Shown: positions 9,077-16,855 of the stretch, piece after piece
Layout: each line of letters opens with the position of its first letter
Position numbering within the stretch: position 1 is the stretch's first letter
IMG/VR virus record: IMGVR_UViG_3300044454_000098
Span: 1-45,908 of that record
Length of the DNA stretch: 45,908 nucleotides
Reading direction: 5' to 3' (one strand)
Source of the DNA: a virus
Taxonomy: Duplodnaviria > Caudoviricetes
Translations under genes and position numbers: made by a program
The notes under the pieces: generated by a model
What the model was told of the DNA's origin: nothing
Databases searched by the model: none
What the model saw: only the letters and a program-made list of their open reading frames with translations

Positions 9077-9106
9077 ATCATAGCGACTACCTTAAACGGT
9101 CGTCAA
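9077..9106 (-). promoter_or_regulatory. cro/replication promoter TTGACG-N18-TATGAT with operator-like TACCTTAAACGGTC in the spacer
   Basis: Near-consensus sigma70 hexamers; operator resembles the TACCG-N4-CGGTA family. Confidence 0.65.
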
Positions 9107-9180
9107 GTAACCATGCGCAAAAAGTAGGAAGCAACGTGAAAAATTGACAACAGGCCATCAGGCCGAAAGAGGGAGACAGT

Positions 9181-9588
9181 GTGCGAAACACGACATTTTC
9201 AGAGCGGCTGAAGATCGCTCGCCAGGCTGCAGGACTGACACAAAAGCAGCTAGGCAGACTCGTCAACCAGGCGGCCACCACGATCGCCAATCTCGAGCAA
9301 GGCAACACCGCATCAAGCACTAAGACCGTCGAGCTGGCGCGCGCCCTGGGCGTGCGTGGCGAATGGCTGGCCGAGGGGCGCGAGCCAATGGTCGCCGAGC
9401 TCAAATCAAACCATGCGCCGGTAGCAAAGGCCGCCGCGGCGCCGCCGGCCGGGGCCTACACGTTCACCGCCGACGACCTGGTGCTCGCGCAGCGCATCGC
9501 GCGCCTGCAGCCGGCACAGCGCCAGGCGATCCTGGCAATCCTGCAGACCTTCAATCAGTCCCGCGAGCCTGAAACCGTAGGGCGCTGA
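9181..9588 (+). CDS. cI: CI-like XRE repressor without a S24 peptidase domain
   Basis: FSERLKIARQAAGLTQKQLG...TIANLEQG...ELARALGVRGEWLAEG; RBS GAGGGAG. Confidence 0.85.
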   Translation: MRNTTFSERLKIARQAAGLTQKQLGRLVNQAATTIANLEQGNTASSTKTVELARALGVRGEWLAEGREPMVAELKSNHAPVAKAAAAPPAGAYTFTADDLVLAQRIARLQPAQRQAILAILQTFNQSREPETVGR

Positions 9589-9612
9589 CCCGCCCGCGGG
9601 GTACCGCGTCCT

Positions 9613-9670
9613 ACCGTTCGTCGGCTCGCTACCTTCTGCGGTTGCATACTACCGAATACGGGAGTACTGT
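9613..9670 (+). promoter_or_regulatory. Early promoter 1: ACCGTTCGTCGG box, operator, TTGCAT-N17-TACTGT with operator in spacer
   Basis: One of three identically spaced ~57-bp elements. Confidence 0.8.
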
Positions 9671-9694
9671 TCGGGGTGTCAAGGGAGGTATCTG

Positions 9695-9832
9695 ATGAAA
9701 CTGATGATTCCGAACGATCCGAAGGTGCTCGGCGAGGTCATGCTCGAGCTGGTCAAGAAAGGACTCGGCTTCGAGTGCTTGTTTGAGCCGATGCTCGATC
9801 AGTGGGTGGTCAAATTCTCGGGAGGGTTCTGA
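9695..9832 (+). CDS. Hypothetical protein (45 aa, MKLMIPNDPKVLGEV...)
   Basis: RBS GGGAGG; TGATG overlap with the next gene; not in the ORF track. Confidence 0.65.
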   Translation: MKLMIPNDPKVLGEVMLELVKKGLGFECLFEPMLDQWVVKFSGGF

Positions 9833-10254
9833 TGAGACTCGGAAGCGAAACCGGCAGTGTGATGAATCACTTGTACTCACGCGCGACGATCGGCCAGCCG
9901 CTGCCCGTCAAGGGCATGGGCGTCACGTTTCTGGGCTGGACCGACCGCGACCCGGGGACGATCGTGAACGTGTTCTACCAGGCGGACGCGGACGGTGAAC
10001 CGCAGCTCGACAAGCCGGTGATGTTCGTCGCCCAGGCCGACAAGGCCGAGCGCGTTGACAGCAACGGCATGAGCGAGGTCCAGGAATGGAAATTCTCACC
10101 GAACCCCGACGCCCGCCGCCGCGCCTACCGCCAGGACAAGAACGGCGCCTGGCGTGAGTCTGAGCGCGGCGAGAGCGGCCGCTGGAAGTTCCTCGACAAG
10201 AGCCAGTCAATCCGGCTCGGCGAACGCGACAAGTACTACGACTTTTCTTTCTAA
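9832..10254 (+). CDS. Hypothetical early protein
   Basis: Coupled ATG 9832; GMGVTFLGWTDRDPGTI...GERDKYYDFSF. Confidence 0.7.
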   Translation: MRLGSETGSVMNHLYSRATIGQPLPVKGMGVTFLGWTDRDPGTIVNVFYQADADGEPQLDKPVMFVAQADKAERVDSNGMSEVQEWKFSPNPDARRRAYRQDKNGAWRESERGESGRWKFLDKSQSIRLGERDKYYDFSF

Positions 10255-10263
10255 GGGGCGAGC

Positions 10264-10494
10264 ATGAGCTGGTACCAAGGTCAAAAAGTGAGCGGGAGCT
10301 ACTTCGGCGTCCCGTTCACGGGAGTCGTTGAGCACGCCAGGCCGCACACGCTGGCGCACCACCTGGACGTCGTGCATGTGATCCTGGACACGCCGATCAC
10401 GGTCTACGGCCTCGAGCGCGCCGCCATCGCGATGCACGTCACCCGGGAAGGCATCGCCCCCGAACCCGTTTCCAACCTCAAGGAGGCAGCATGA
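10264..10494 (+). CDS. Hypothetical beta-rich small protein
   Basis: GQKVSGSYFGVPFTGVV; operon packing. Confidence 0.65.
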   Translation: MSWYQGQKVSGSYFGVPFTGVVEHARPHTLAHHLDVVHVILDTPITVYGLERAAIAMHVTREGIAPEPVSNLKEAA

Positions 10495-10622
10495 GCAACC
10501 AATTCCAAGAAGATCAAGCGGCCTGGTTCAGCCGGGCCGATCGTTTCGACGGCTTCGACCGCGGCGACCTGGACCGCGACGACGACGCCGACCTGGTGGC
10601 AACTTGGGAAAGCGAACAATGA
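10491..10622 (+). CDS. Acidic small protein (43 aa, MSNQFQEDQAAWFSRADRFDGFDRGDLDRDDDADLVATWESEQ)
   Basis: RBS AGGAGG; ATGA overlap with the next gene; not in the ORF track. Confidence 0.6.
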   Translation: MSNQFQEDQAAWFSRADRFDGFDRGDLDRDDDADLVATWESEQ

Positions 10623-10900
10623 TCATCCCCGCACAGCTGGCCGGCCGGTGCCTCACCGGCGAGCAGCGCGGCCACGGCACGCGCACCCATGCGATCGACG
10701 TGGCGCCGGAGCGCATCCCGCCACAGCGGTCGAACCTGGTCAGCTTCATCAAAGCACTGTGCGGCGCTGAGCCGGGGCGCCGGTCGGCCGGCTGGTCGGC
10801 CTGGGACGGCATGGTGGTCGATTGCCCGCGGTGTATCAAGAAAATCGAGCGGGCTGCCGTTCGTCGGAAAGATACCGATTCCGGTTGCATGATACCGTAA
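10619..10900 (+). CDS. Hypothetical protein with zinc-binding motifs
   Basis: THAID...KALCGAEPGRRSAGW...DCPRC. Confidence 0.6.
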   Translation: MIIPAQLAGRCLTGEQRGHGTRTHAIDVAPERIPPQRSNLVSFIKALCGAEPGRRSAGWSAWDGMVVDCPRCIKKIERAAVRRKDTDSGCMIP

Positions 10901-10913
10901 ACGGGAGTAGCGT
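10857..10913 (+). promoter_or_regulatory. Early promoter 2: CCGTTCGTCGG box, operators, TTGCAT-N17-TAGCGT
   Basis: Same architecture and spacing as 9613-9670. Confidence 0.8.
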
Positions 10914-10944
10914 TGGGGTTGTGGGATTTGAAAGGAGGTTGGAA

Positions 10945-11016
10945 ATGGGAGTTGCGGTTTTCGTGCTGATGGTTCTGGCGATGGTCCTGTGTGACTCACT
11001 CGAGGGGGCGCAATGA
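10945..11016 (+). CDS. Small hydrophobic peptide (23 aa, MGVAVFVLMVLAMVLCDSLEGAQ)
   Basis: RBS AAAGGAGG directly after promoter 2; ATGA overlap with the next gene. Confidence 0.55.
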   Translation: MGVAVFVLMVLAMVLCDSLEGAQ

Positions 11017-11735
11017 GCAATTCACTGCTGTTCGTTGGTCAACGGATCGTCTACAAGGGCGACATGGCGAACGCCTCCGGCCAGGGCGCGATCGTCGAGC
11101 TGCGCAAGAACGAGCGCGCCGGCCAAATGTTCTCGATGGACTTCAAGGCCGGCAAGCTGGTGCCGTTCGACTCTTCGGTGTCCTATGACGTGGTGCTGGA
11201 CGACGGCCGCCACTTCCCGGGCGTCTACGAATCGAACATCGGCGGCGAGTTCAACAACAAAAGCTGCCGGTTCATGGTGGCTGAAGGCCAGGCCGACGCG
11301 GGCGAGATTGCCGAGCTGATGATGAAGGTCACGCTGCGCCGGGCGGCGCTGAAGGCGAAGGCCGATGAGGTCGCGGCAGTGTTCGCGAAGGCCCAGGCGG
11401 CCGCGCTCGAGGCCGGCAAGGCGATGGGGCTGATCCCCGAGGCCGAGTTCAAGGCGGCCGGCAAGCGGGGCTCAGCGGCGGCCTGGAACCTGCGCCAAGA
11501 GCTCAAGGCAGCCGGGATCAAGGCCCGGGTCAAGCAGCCCAACTACTACGCGATCGACGTGGTTCTGAGTGACGACGCCGACAAGGCGGCCGCGAAGAAG
11601 ATCATGGCGAAGTACCAGGCCGGCCACTTCGACGGGATGACCGACTGCTACGAGTATGACCCGAGCGCCTGGGGATCGGTGTTCGGCGACGTCCGGTACG
11701 TCTCGGGCCAGTCGGTCGAGGGTTACAGCTTCTAA
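11013..11735 (+). CDS. Protein with C-terminal LPD29-like domain
   Basis: AAWNLRQELKAAG...KYQAGHFDGMTDCYEY...FGDVRYV. Confidence 0.65.
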   Translation: MSNSLLFVGQRIVYKGDMANASGQGAIVELRKNERAGQMFSMDFKAGKLVPFDSSVSYDVVLDDGRHFPGVYESNIGGEFNNKSCRFMVAEGQADAGEIAELMMKVTLRRAALKAKADEVAAVFAKAQAAALEAGKAMGLIPEAEFKAAGKRGSAAAWNLRQELKAAGIKARVKQPNYYAIDVVLSDDADKAAAKKIMAKYQAGHFDGMTDCYEYDPSAWGSVFGDVRYVSGQSVEGYSF

Positions 11736-11746
11736 GGGAGGTCAGC

Positions 11747-11980
11747 ATGGAGAAACTAAGTCCGAAAGACGCGGCCGAGATAGTGCGGTCGCTGCGGTGG
11801 CGCCTGAAGCAAGTGGTGCCAGAGAACAAGGTCCCGGTGGTCGAAAAGGCCGTCATCGCCTGGGCGTCGTCCTGCCTCACTGAGACAGGCCAGGCCGAGC
11901 AGGCCCTGATCAGCGCGGCCGGCTTGAAGTGGGTCGAGGGTCCGATGGGTGAAATCAAACTCGAAAGGGAATCTGCATGA
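11747..11980 (+). CDS. Hypothetical protein
   Basis: RBS GGGAGG. Confidence 0.65.
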   Translation: MEKLSPKDAAEIVRSLRWRLKQVVPENKVPVVEKAVIAWASSCLTETGQAEQALISAAGLKWVEGPMGEIKLERESA

Positions 11981-12183
11981 GCAGCGTCTACACGTTCAAG
12001 CGCGACGACCTGAAGAAGTACCTCGGCGACGAGCCGAAGGCCGGCACGGTCACGGTCCTGGTCGATTGGGAAAAGATCGTTTCCACCCTGGGCGCTAAGG
12101 CGGCCTTCAGCGCCGGCAAGAAGGCGCGCGCCCTGAACGGCGCGATCGTGGTCAAGTTCAAGCCGGCTCCGTTTGCCCGGTAG
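11977..12183 (+). CDS. Hypothetical protein
   Basis: ATGA coupling; typical codons. Confidence 0.65.
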   Translation: MSSVYTFKRDDLKKYLGDEPKAGTVTVLVDWEKIVSTLGAKAAFSAGKKARALNGAIVVKFKPAPFAR

Positions 12184-12184
12184 C

Positions 12185-12198
12185 TACTGAATCCAGTA
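12185..12198. promoter_or_regulatory. Operator-like palindrome TACTG-AATC-CAGTA
   Basis: Perfect 5-4-5 inverted repeat similar to the TACCG-N4-CGGTA family; intergenic. Confidence 0.5.
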
Positions 12199-12211
12199 CA
12201 AAGGAGAAACC

Positions 12212-12418
12212 ATGCTCAAGCCCTGCTCAAAGTGCAAAGGAACCGGCCGCGACGCGAGCCAGCGTTATCAATCCCTGCACGGCATCGCGGCTGAGTTGAA
12301 CAGTACCGTCTGTTGGGATTGCGGTGGAACAGGAAGCCTACCGGCGATGCCAGGCGACCGGCCCGATCGGTGCGCCGAGCGCGGCGGCTGCTTCGGCGGC
12401 GACTGTTGCCTGAAGTGA
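12212..12418 (+). CDS. Small protein with DnaJ-type CxxCxGxG zinc finger
   Basis: CSKCKGTG...CWDCGGTG; RBS AAAGGAG. Confidence 0.65.
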   Translation: MLKPCSKCKGTGRDASQRYQSLHGIAAELNSTVCWDCGGTGSLPAMPGDRPDRCAERGGCFGGDCCLK

Positions 12419-12420
12419 CG

Positions 12421-12477
12421 CCGTTCGTCGGCTGGCTACTGTTTACGGTTGCGGGGTACGGTATACGGGAGTAGGCT
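12421..12477 (+). promoter_or_regulatory. Early promoter 3: CCGTTCGTCGG box, operators, TTGCGG-N17-TAGGCT
   Basis: Same architecture and spacing as the other two copies. Confidence 0.8.
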
Positions 12478-12498
12478 TCAAGTGAAAGGAGGTAGTCG

Positions 12499-12699
12499 AT
12501 GAGAAAGTTTGATGCGATCCGGCCGGGCGATCGTGTCGTGATTGTCGATCGGTTCGGCGCGAAGCGCAGCGGTCGCTGCGTCATGAAGTTCCCCGAGCAT
12601 GCGGTGCTGAACATGGGCGGCCCCCACGGTACGCCAGGCATCGCGAGCCCCGAGAACGTGGTCGAAGTCAAGAAGGCAAAGGAGCCCACTTACCTATGA
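12499..12699 (+). CDS. Hypothetical SH3-like small protein
   Basis: RBS AAAGGAGG; IRPGDRVVIVDRFG. Confidence 0.65.
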   Translation: MRKFDAIRPGDRVVIVDRFGAKRSGRCVMKFPEHAVLNMGGPHGTPGIASPENVVEVKKAKEPTYL

Positions 12700-12935
12700 A
12701 CGCGCCCAACTTTGCGGCGGTGCTCGAGGACCTGGACGACCTGCGGATCGAGCGCCAAGAAGCAGTGCGCGAGGCCGAGTACGAAGTGAAGCAAGCCGAG
12801 CGCCGGCTGGCCCTGGCCGAGCTCGACACCGACATGCGGACGTGGACCCAGGACGAGCACGACGAGTACTGCGCGGCGTCGGCCGAGGTCTGCGAGGCAT
12901 ACACCAACCTGCGAAAGGCTCGAGCCGCCCTGTGA
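12696..12935 (+). CDS. Acidic coiled-coil hypothetical protein
   Basis: RBS AAGGAG; ATGA coupling. Confidence 0.65.
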   Translation: MNAPNFAAVLEDLDDLRIERQEAVREAEYEVKQAERRLALAELDTDMRTWTQDEHDEYCAASAEVCEAYTNLRKARAAL

Positions 12936-12980
12936 GAAATCTGAAAGTGTCCCACAACCAACAAACCCAGGAGTTTCACA

Positions 12981-13166
12981 GTGTCACGCATCGGAGAGGC
13001 GGAAGCGTATCGGCAGTTAGAGCGGCGCGCGCAGGCGTCGCGCACGACGGGGTGCTACGAGCCCCAGGATCAGCTCGCGGCAGCGCGGGGAATAGTGCTC
13101 GGGGCAACGATCGGCGGCATTTTCTGGATCGTCGCGATCGTGCTGGTGTATTGGGCCGTTTCCTGA
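12981..13166 (+). CDS. Small protein with C-terminal TM helix
   Basis: GIVLGATIGGIFWIVAIVLVYWAVS; RBS AGGAG. Confidence 0.6.
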   Translation: MSRIGEAEAYRQLERRAQASRTTGCYEPQDQLAAARGIVLGATIGGIFWIVAIVLVYWAVS

Positions 13167-13342
13167 ATGGCCTGCAGGAAAGCGCCTGGCTCTGCCGGGC
13201 GCTGTTTCACTGGCTGCGGCTTGGCTACTACCAGGCCGCGCTAAATCACGTCGGGCACGCACATCCCGACTCCACCCTGTTGACCCTGCGGGCCGCCGAG
13301 TCGGCCCTGGTGGTTGACACATTTCTCAGAGGTAAAGCATGA
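13151..13342 (+). CDS. Hypothetical protein (start uncertain)
   Basis: 3' part of ORF 12842-13342; stop overlaps the ERF start. Confidence 0.4.
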   Translation: MGRFLNGLQESAWLCRALFHWLRLGYYQAALNHVGHAHPDSTLLTLRAAESALVVDTFLRGKA

Positions 13343-14073
13343 ACGATCAAGTTCTAGTCGCGGCACCGCCCACGCCGGCCGTCGAGGTCACGCCGCCGCG
13401 CGCCGACCTGGCACTGATCGCCCTGATCAGCCGGGCCGCCACCGACCCGGCCGTTGACATCGGCAAGCTGCAGGCGCTGCTCGAGGTCAAGAAGCAGTGG
13501 GAAGCCGACGAAGCCCGCAAGGCGTTCGCGGTCGCGTTCACGGCATTCAAGGCCGAGGGTGCGCAGATCATGAAAAACAAGCTCATCACGGACGGGCCGC
13601 TGCGCGGCAAGCGATACGCGGACCTGTTCGCGGTGGTCGATACGCTGATCCCGGTGCTCGTCAAGCATGGGCTCTCGCACAGCTGGTCGATCGTCCGCGA
13701 TGAGAAAGACTGGATCGAGGTCGCCTGCATCCTGACGCACGCGCAAGGTCACGCCGAGCGCCGCACGATGGGCGGCCCGCCGGACAACGGCGGCGCCAAG
13801 AATGCAATCCAGGCGCGCGCCAGCTCCGTCAGCTACCTTGAGCGGTATACGTTTCTCGCGGTAGTCGGCATGGCGGCCAGCGATCAGGACACGGACGGCG
13901 TACCGCCGCCGGCCGAGGAAAAGCCGGACCCGTGGACGCCCGCGCTGAAGCGGGAAGCGAACGACGCCCGGAACGCGGGCAAATACGCCGCCTGGTGGAA
14001 GAAGCAGAGCCCCGAGTTTCGCGATGCCGCGGTCGGGACGAAGCAGCACGCCGACTTTAAGGCGGCCGAATGA
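13339..14073 (+). CDS. ERF-family single-strand annealing protein
   Basis: YADL...LVKHGLSHSW...CILTHAQGH...QARASSVSYLERYT...DTDG. Confidence 0.85.
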   Translation: MNDQVLVAAPPTPAVEVTPPRADLALIALISRAATDPAVDIGKLQALLEVKKQWEADEARKAFAVAFTAFKAEGAQIMKNKLITDGPLRGKRYADLFAVVDTLIPVLVKHGLSHSWSIVRDEKDWIEVACILTHAQGHAERRTMGGPPDNGGAKNAIQARASSVSYLERYTFLAVVGMAASDQDTDGVPPPAEEKPDPWTPALKREANDARNAGKYAAWWKKQSPEFRDAAVGTKQHADFKAAE

Positions 14074-14816
14074 TCCCCCAGGAAAGCCCGCAATGGGTGC
14101 CGGCCCGGATCGGCAAGCTGACGGCCTCGCGCATGGGCGAGGCGATCGCCAGGACGAAGGACAAGAGCGCGCTCTGCGTCATCGAGGACGGCCAGGTGCT
14201 CGAGGTCCTGGGCAACGGAAAGACCGCCGAAAAGAAGGCCGAGAAGCTGCGCGCCGCCGGCAAGGTGGTCGAGCTCACGACCTACGAGCGCGGCCAGTAC
14301 AGCGCCTCGCGAGTGTCGCTGCTGCATGAATTGCTGGCCGAGCGCCTGATCGTGGCGAAAATGGACCACTACGTTACGTCCGCGATGGAGCACGGCATCG
14401 AGCAAGAGCCGTTCGCGGCGGAAGCCTACGAGGCCGCGACGGGCGAAATCCTGCTGCCGTCCGGGTTCATCGACCACCCCACGATCGAAAACTTCGGCGC
14501 GACGCCCGATCGATTCCTGGGCTCGAATTGCTCGGTGCAGATCAAGTGCCCGACGTCCAAGACGTTCATCGCCTGGGTGCTGGCCGGCGTCGTGCCGGAA
14601 GAGCACAAGCCGCAAATGCTGGCCGAGCTCGCCTGCAGCCGAAAAGAGTACGCGCTGTTCATCGCGTTCGATCCCAGGATGCCGCCGGGCAAGCGCCTGT
14701 TCGTGCGCGACTACCGGCCGGACCCGGCCGAGGTTGCCTACATCGAGGCCGAGGCGCGGACATTCCTGGACGAGCTCGACACCATGTTTGAACGCTTCAA
14801 CCCGGAGGCAGCATGA
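14070..14816 (+). CDS. YqaJ/lambda-exonuclease family protein
   Basis: WVPARIGKLTAS...MEHGIEQEPFA...GATPD...QIKCP...PQM. Confidence 0.9.
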   Translation: MIPQESPQWVPARIGKLTASRMGEAIARTKDKSALCVIEDGQVLEVLGNGKTAEKKAEKLRAAGKVVELTTYERGQYSASRVSLLHELLAERLIVAKMDHYVTSAMEHGIEQEPFAAEAYEAATGEILLPSGFIDHPTIENFGATPDRFLGSNCSVQIKCPTSKTFIAWVLAGVVPEEHKPQMLAELACSRKEYALFIAFDPRMPPGKRLFVRDYRPDPAEVAYIEAEARTFLDELDTMFERFNPEAA

Positions 14817-15205
14817 ACGAAGTCCGCAGCGCCTTCTACTGGCGCGAGAACATGGCGCTACAGGCGCCGCCCCGATCGCCGGCCGGCACGCGCCGCAAGA
14901 AGAGCCAGGTCGCGGCACTCCGCGAGCAGATCGTGCGCATGGCAGCGTCCGGCATGAGTCAGCGCCGGATCGCGGCCAGCGTCGGCGTCACGCGCAAGTA
15001 CGTGCAGGACCTGGTGAAGGATCATCGCTGCCGCCAGGGCCGAACGGTCGAGGAAACCCTGGCCCTGATGCACGCCGCGCAGCAGCTGCAAAACGGCGGC
15101 ATGCGGTCGGTGGACATCGCGAAGCAGCTGAAGATCAGCCACCGCTACGCGGCCGAGCTCTGCAACGGCAAGCGCCGCGCGCGCCACTGGTGCACGAAAA
15201 AATGA
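14813..15205 (+). CDS. Double-HTH DNA-binding protein
   Basis: SGMSQRRIAASVGVTRKYV and GMRSVDIAKQLKISHRYA. Confidence 0.65.
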   Translation: MNEVRSAFYWRENMALQAPPRSPAGTRRKKSQVAALREQIVRMAASGMSQRRIAASVGVTRKYVQDLVKDHRCRQGRTVEETLALMHAAQQLQNGGMRSVDIAKQLKISHRYAAELCNGKRRARHWCTKK

Positions 15206-15450
15206 TCGCTCTCACCTTCGCCCTGGCCGAGAAATACAAGCGCTGGCGCCTCGCGCTGCCGGAAATCGCCCAAGAGCTCGGCATGGCTGAGCAGACGCTG
15301 CGCAACCGGATGAGCAAGGGTCAACTGCAGTGGATCAAAAAGGATGGCGGGATGCTCTTCGCTGACGTGCGCGACCTTGCTCAGTACCTGGACGAGCAAC
15401 GCACCCCGCCGGCGCCTCAAAAGAGACGGGGGCGCCGACGTGCAAAGTAA
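15202..15450 (+). CDS. PrtN/excisionase-like HTH protein
   Basis: MIALTFALAEKY...LPEIAQELGMAEQTLRNRMSKG...ADVRDLAQYLDEQR; ATG 15202 coupled to the upstream stop. Confidence 0.65.
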   Translation: MIALTFALAEKYKRWRLALPEIAQELGMAEQTLRNRMSKGQLQWIKKDGGMLFADVRDLAQYLDEQRTPPAPQKRRGRRRAK

Positions 15451-15727
15451 GAACAAGCCGGCGCCCACTAAGGCCGAGCGTGAGCACATCCTGCGCATCA
15501 AGTCGATGGCCTGCGTGTGTTGCAACGCGCCGCCGCCGAGCGAGTGCCACGAAATCGAGCAGGGCCTTTGGTTCACGTCCCTGCCGGTGTGCCCGGACTG
15601 CCACCGCGGCAGCCATAACGGCCCGCCTGGGCGCGGCGCAATCTGGCGCGTCAAGAAGCTAAGCGAGCTCGGCGCGCTGAATATCGTCGTGCGAAACCTG
15701 ATGCTGACCTGTGAGATTGAGCCATGA
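15440..15727 (+). CDS. Ref/HNH-like nuclease
   Basis: AEREHILRIKSMACVCC...ECHEI...LPVCPDCHRG; GTG 15440. Confidence 0.65.
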   Translation: MQSKNKPAPTKAEREHILRIKSMACVCCNAPPPSECHEIEQGLWFTSLPVCPDCHRGSHNGPPGRGAIWRVKKLSELGALNIVVRNLMLTCEIEP

Positions 15728-15912
15728 CCCCCGCCGATCTGCCGCCGCTCACAAGGAACGAGAAGCGGTATCTAGCAAAGTTTCAGTGCGCCTGGTGCGA
15801 TCAACGGATAGATCAAGACTGCTGCGGAGCGATCTACGAAAAGTGCAGCAACGAAGTGATCGCCAAGAGGCGCGAAGAATGCCTGACCAAATACAAGCCG
15901 AGGAAGAAATGA
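15724..15912 (+). CDS. Cys-rich hypothetical protein
   Basis: CAWC..CC..C..C; coupled on both sides. Confidence 0.55.
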   Translation: MTPADLPPLTRNEKRYLAKFQCAWCDQRIDQDCCGAIYEKCSNEVIAKRREECLTKYKPRKK

Positions 15913-16484
15913 CCGCCGATCTGCTGCCGCTTCCATACCCGCAGATGCCGGGGAATGACTACACCGCAAACGACATGCAGAAGTACGCACTAGCCGCCAT
16001 CGAAGCCGACCGGAAGAAGCGCGGCGAGCCGGTGGCGCGCGTGAACAATGAAGGTTTCATTGTCGAAGTCGAAGGAGTGTCGATTGCGCCGGGGACATTG
16101 CTCTATGCCGCCCCGCAAGTCGATCCAGAGCGCGGCGAGCCATTAACAGAAGAGGAGCGTGAGCGTTTGCGCGGCCTTGGTTGGGAAGTGAAAAGCTGCC
16201 CGTTCTGCGGTGAGGAATGGGCGGATGGAAAGAAGCGCGGCGAGCCGGTGGCGTGGGCGTTTTACACAGACGGCGCGATGACAACGCTAACTGACACACC
16301 AATGGAGGACAGCGTACCGCTCTACGCCACCCCGCCAGTCGATCCAGAGAAGCGGGAGCGGGCGAAGAAAGTGCTAGCGCGGCTTGATGATCTGATCGAG
16401 CAAGCAACAAAGGAACGCTCGCACTTCTACGTTCGGAAAGTCGCAACAGAAGCTGCCGCACTGCTAAGGGAGGAGTATCTATGA
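15909..16484 (+). CDS. Mosaic accessory protein with EPVA modules and a CPFCG knuckle
   Basis: Repeated KKRGEPVA and PxVDPE; KSCPFCGE; ATG 15909. Confidence 0.65.
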   Translation: MTADLLPLPYPQMPGNDYTANDMQKYALAAIEADRKKRGEPVARVNNEGFIVEVEGVSIAPGTLLYAAPQVDPERGEPLTEEERERLRGLGWEVKSCPFCGEEWADGKKRGEPVAWAFYTDGAMTTLTDTPMEDSVPLYATPPVDPEKRERAKKVLARLDDLIEQATKERSHFYVRKVATEAAALLREEYL

Positions 16485-16855
16485 ATGAGAAAAAGCGCTT
16501 TGAGGCGTGGGCCGATCAGCACTACGGATCGTTTCGCGGACAGGAGACTGAAGTTGCATGGAGCGCATGGCAAGCCGCCCTTGCACAGCGCACGGATCAG
16601 CAGGCAGAGCCGGTGGCGTGGTGGGTTAATCCGCCCTATCTGGACGGCAATCACATCACGACCGATCCTTACGAACAGGTCCGGCTTGCCAGTCGAAGCG
16701 ATGTCACGGTGAGGCCGCTCGTATTTGGAAACGCCGCCCCGCCAGTCGATCCAGCGAAGCGGGAGCGCGCCAAGAAACTCGCCGACTACTGCGACGCCTT
16801 TTCGTCCGGCGTCATGCACGAAGTCGCCGCGCTACTGAGGGAGGCGTATCTATGA
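16481..16855 (+). CDS. Mosaic accessory protein (FEAW...AWSAWQAA, EPVAW)
   Basis: Shares modules and the 3' end with the upstream gene. Confidence 0.65.
   Translation: MNEKKRFEAWADQHYGSFRGQETEVAWSAWQAALAQRTDQQAEPVAWWVNPPYLDGNHITTDPYEQVRLASRSDVTVRPLVFGNAAPPVDPAKRERAKKLADYCDAFSSGVMHEVAALLREAYL

Noticed and set aside
9144-9149. TTGACA as the -35 of the cI promoter
   Set aside because: No acceptable -10 at 16-19 bp.
12184-12202. SOS (LexA) box
   Set aside because: Spacing does not fit CTGT-N8-ACAG; it fits the phage 5-4-5 operator better.
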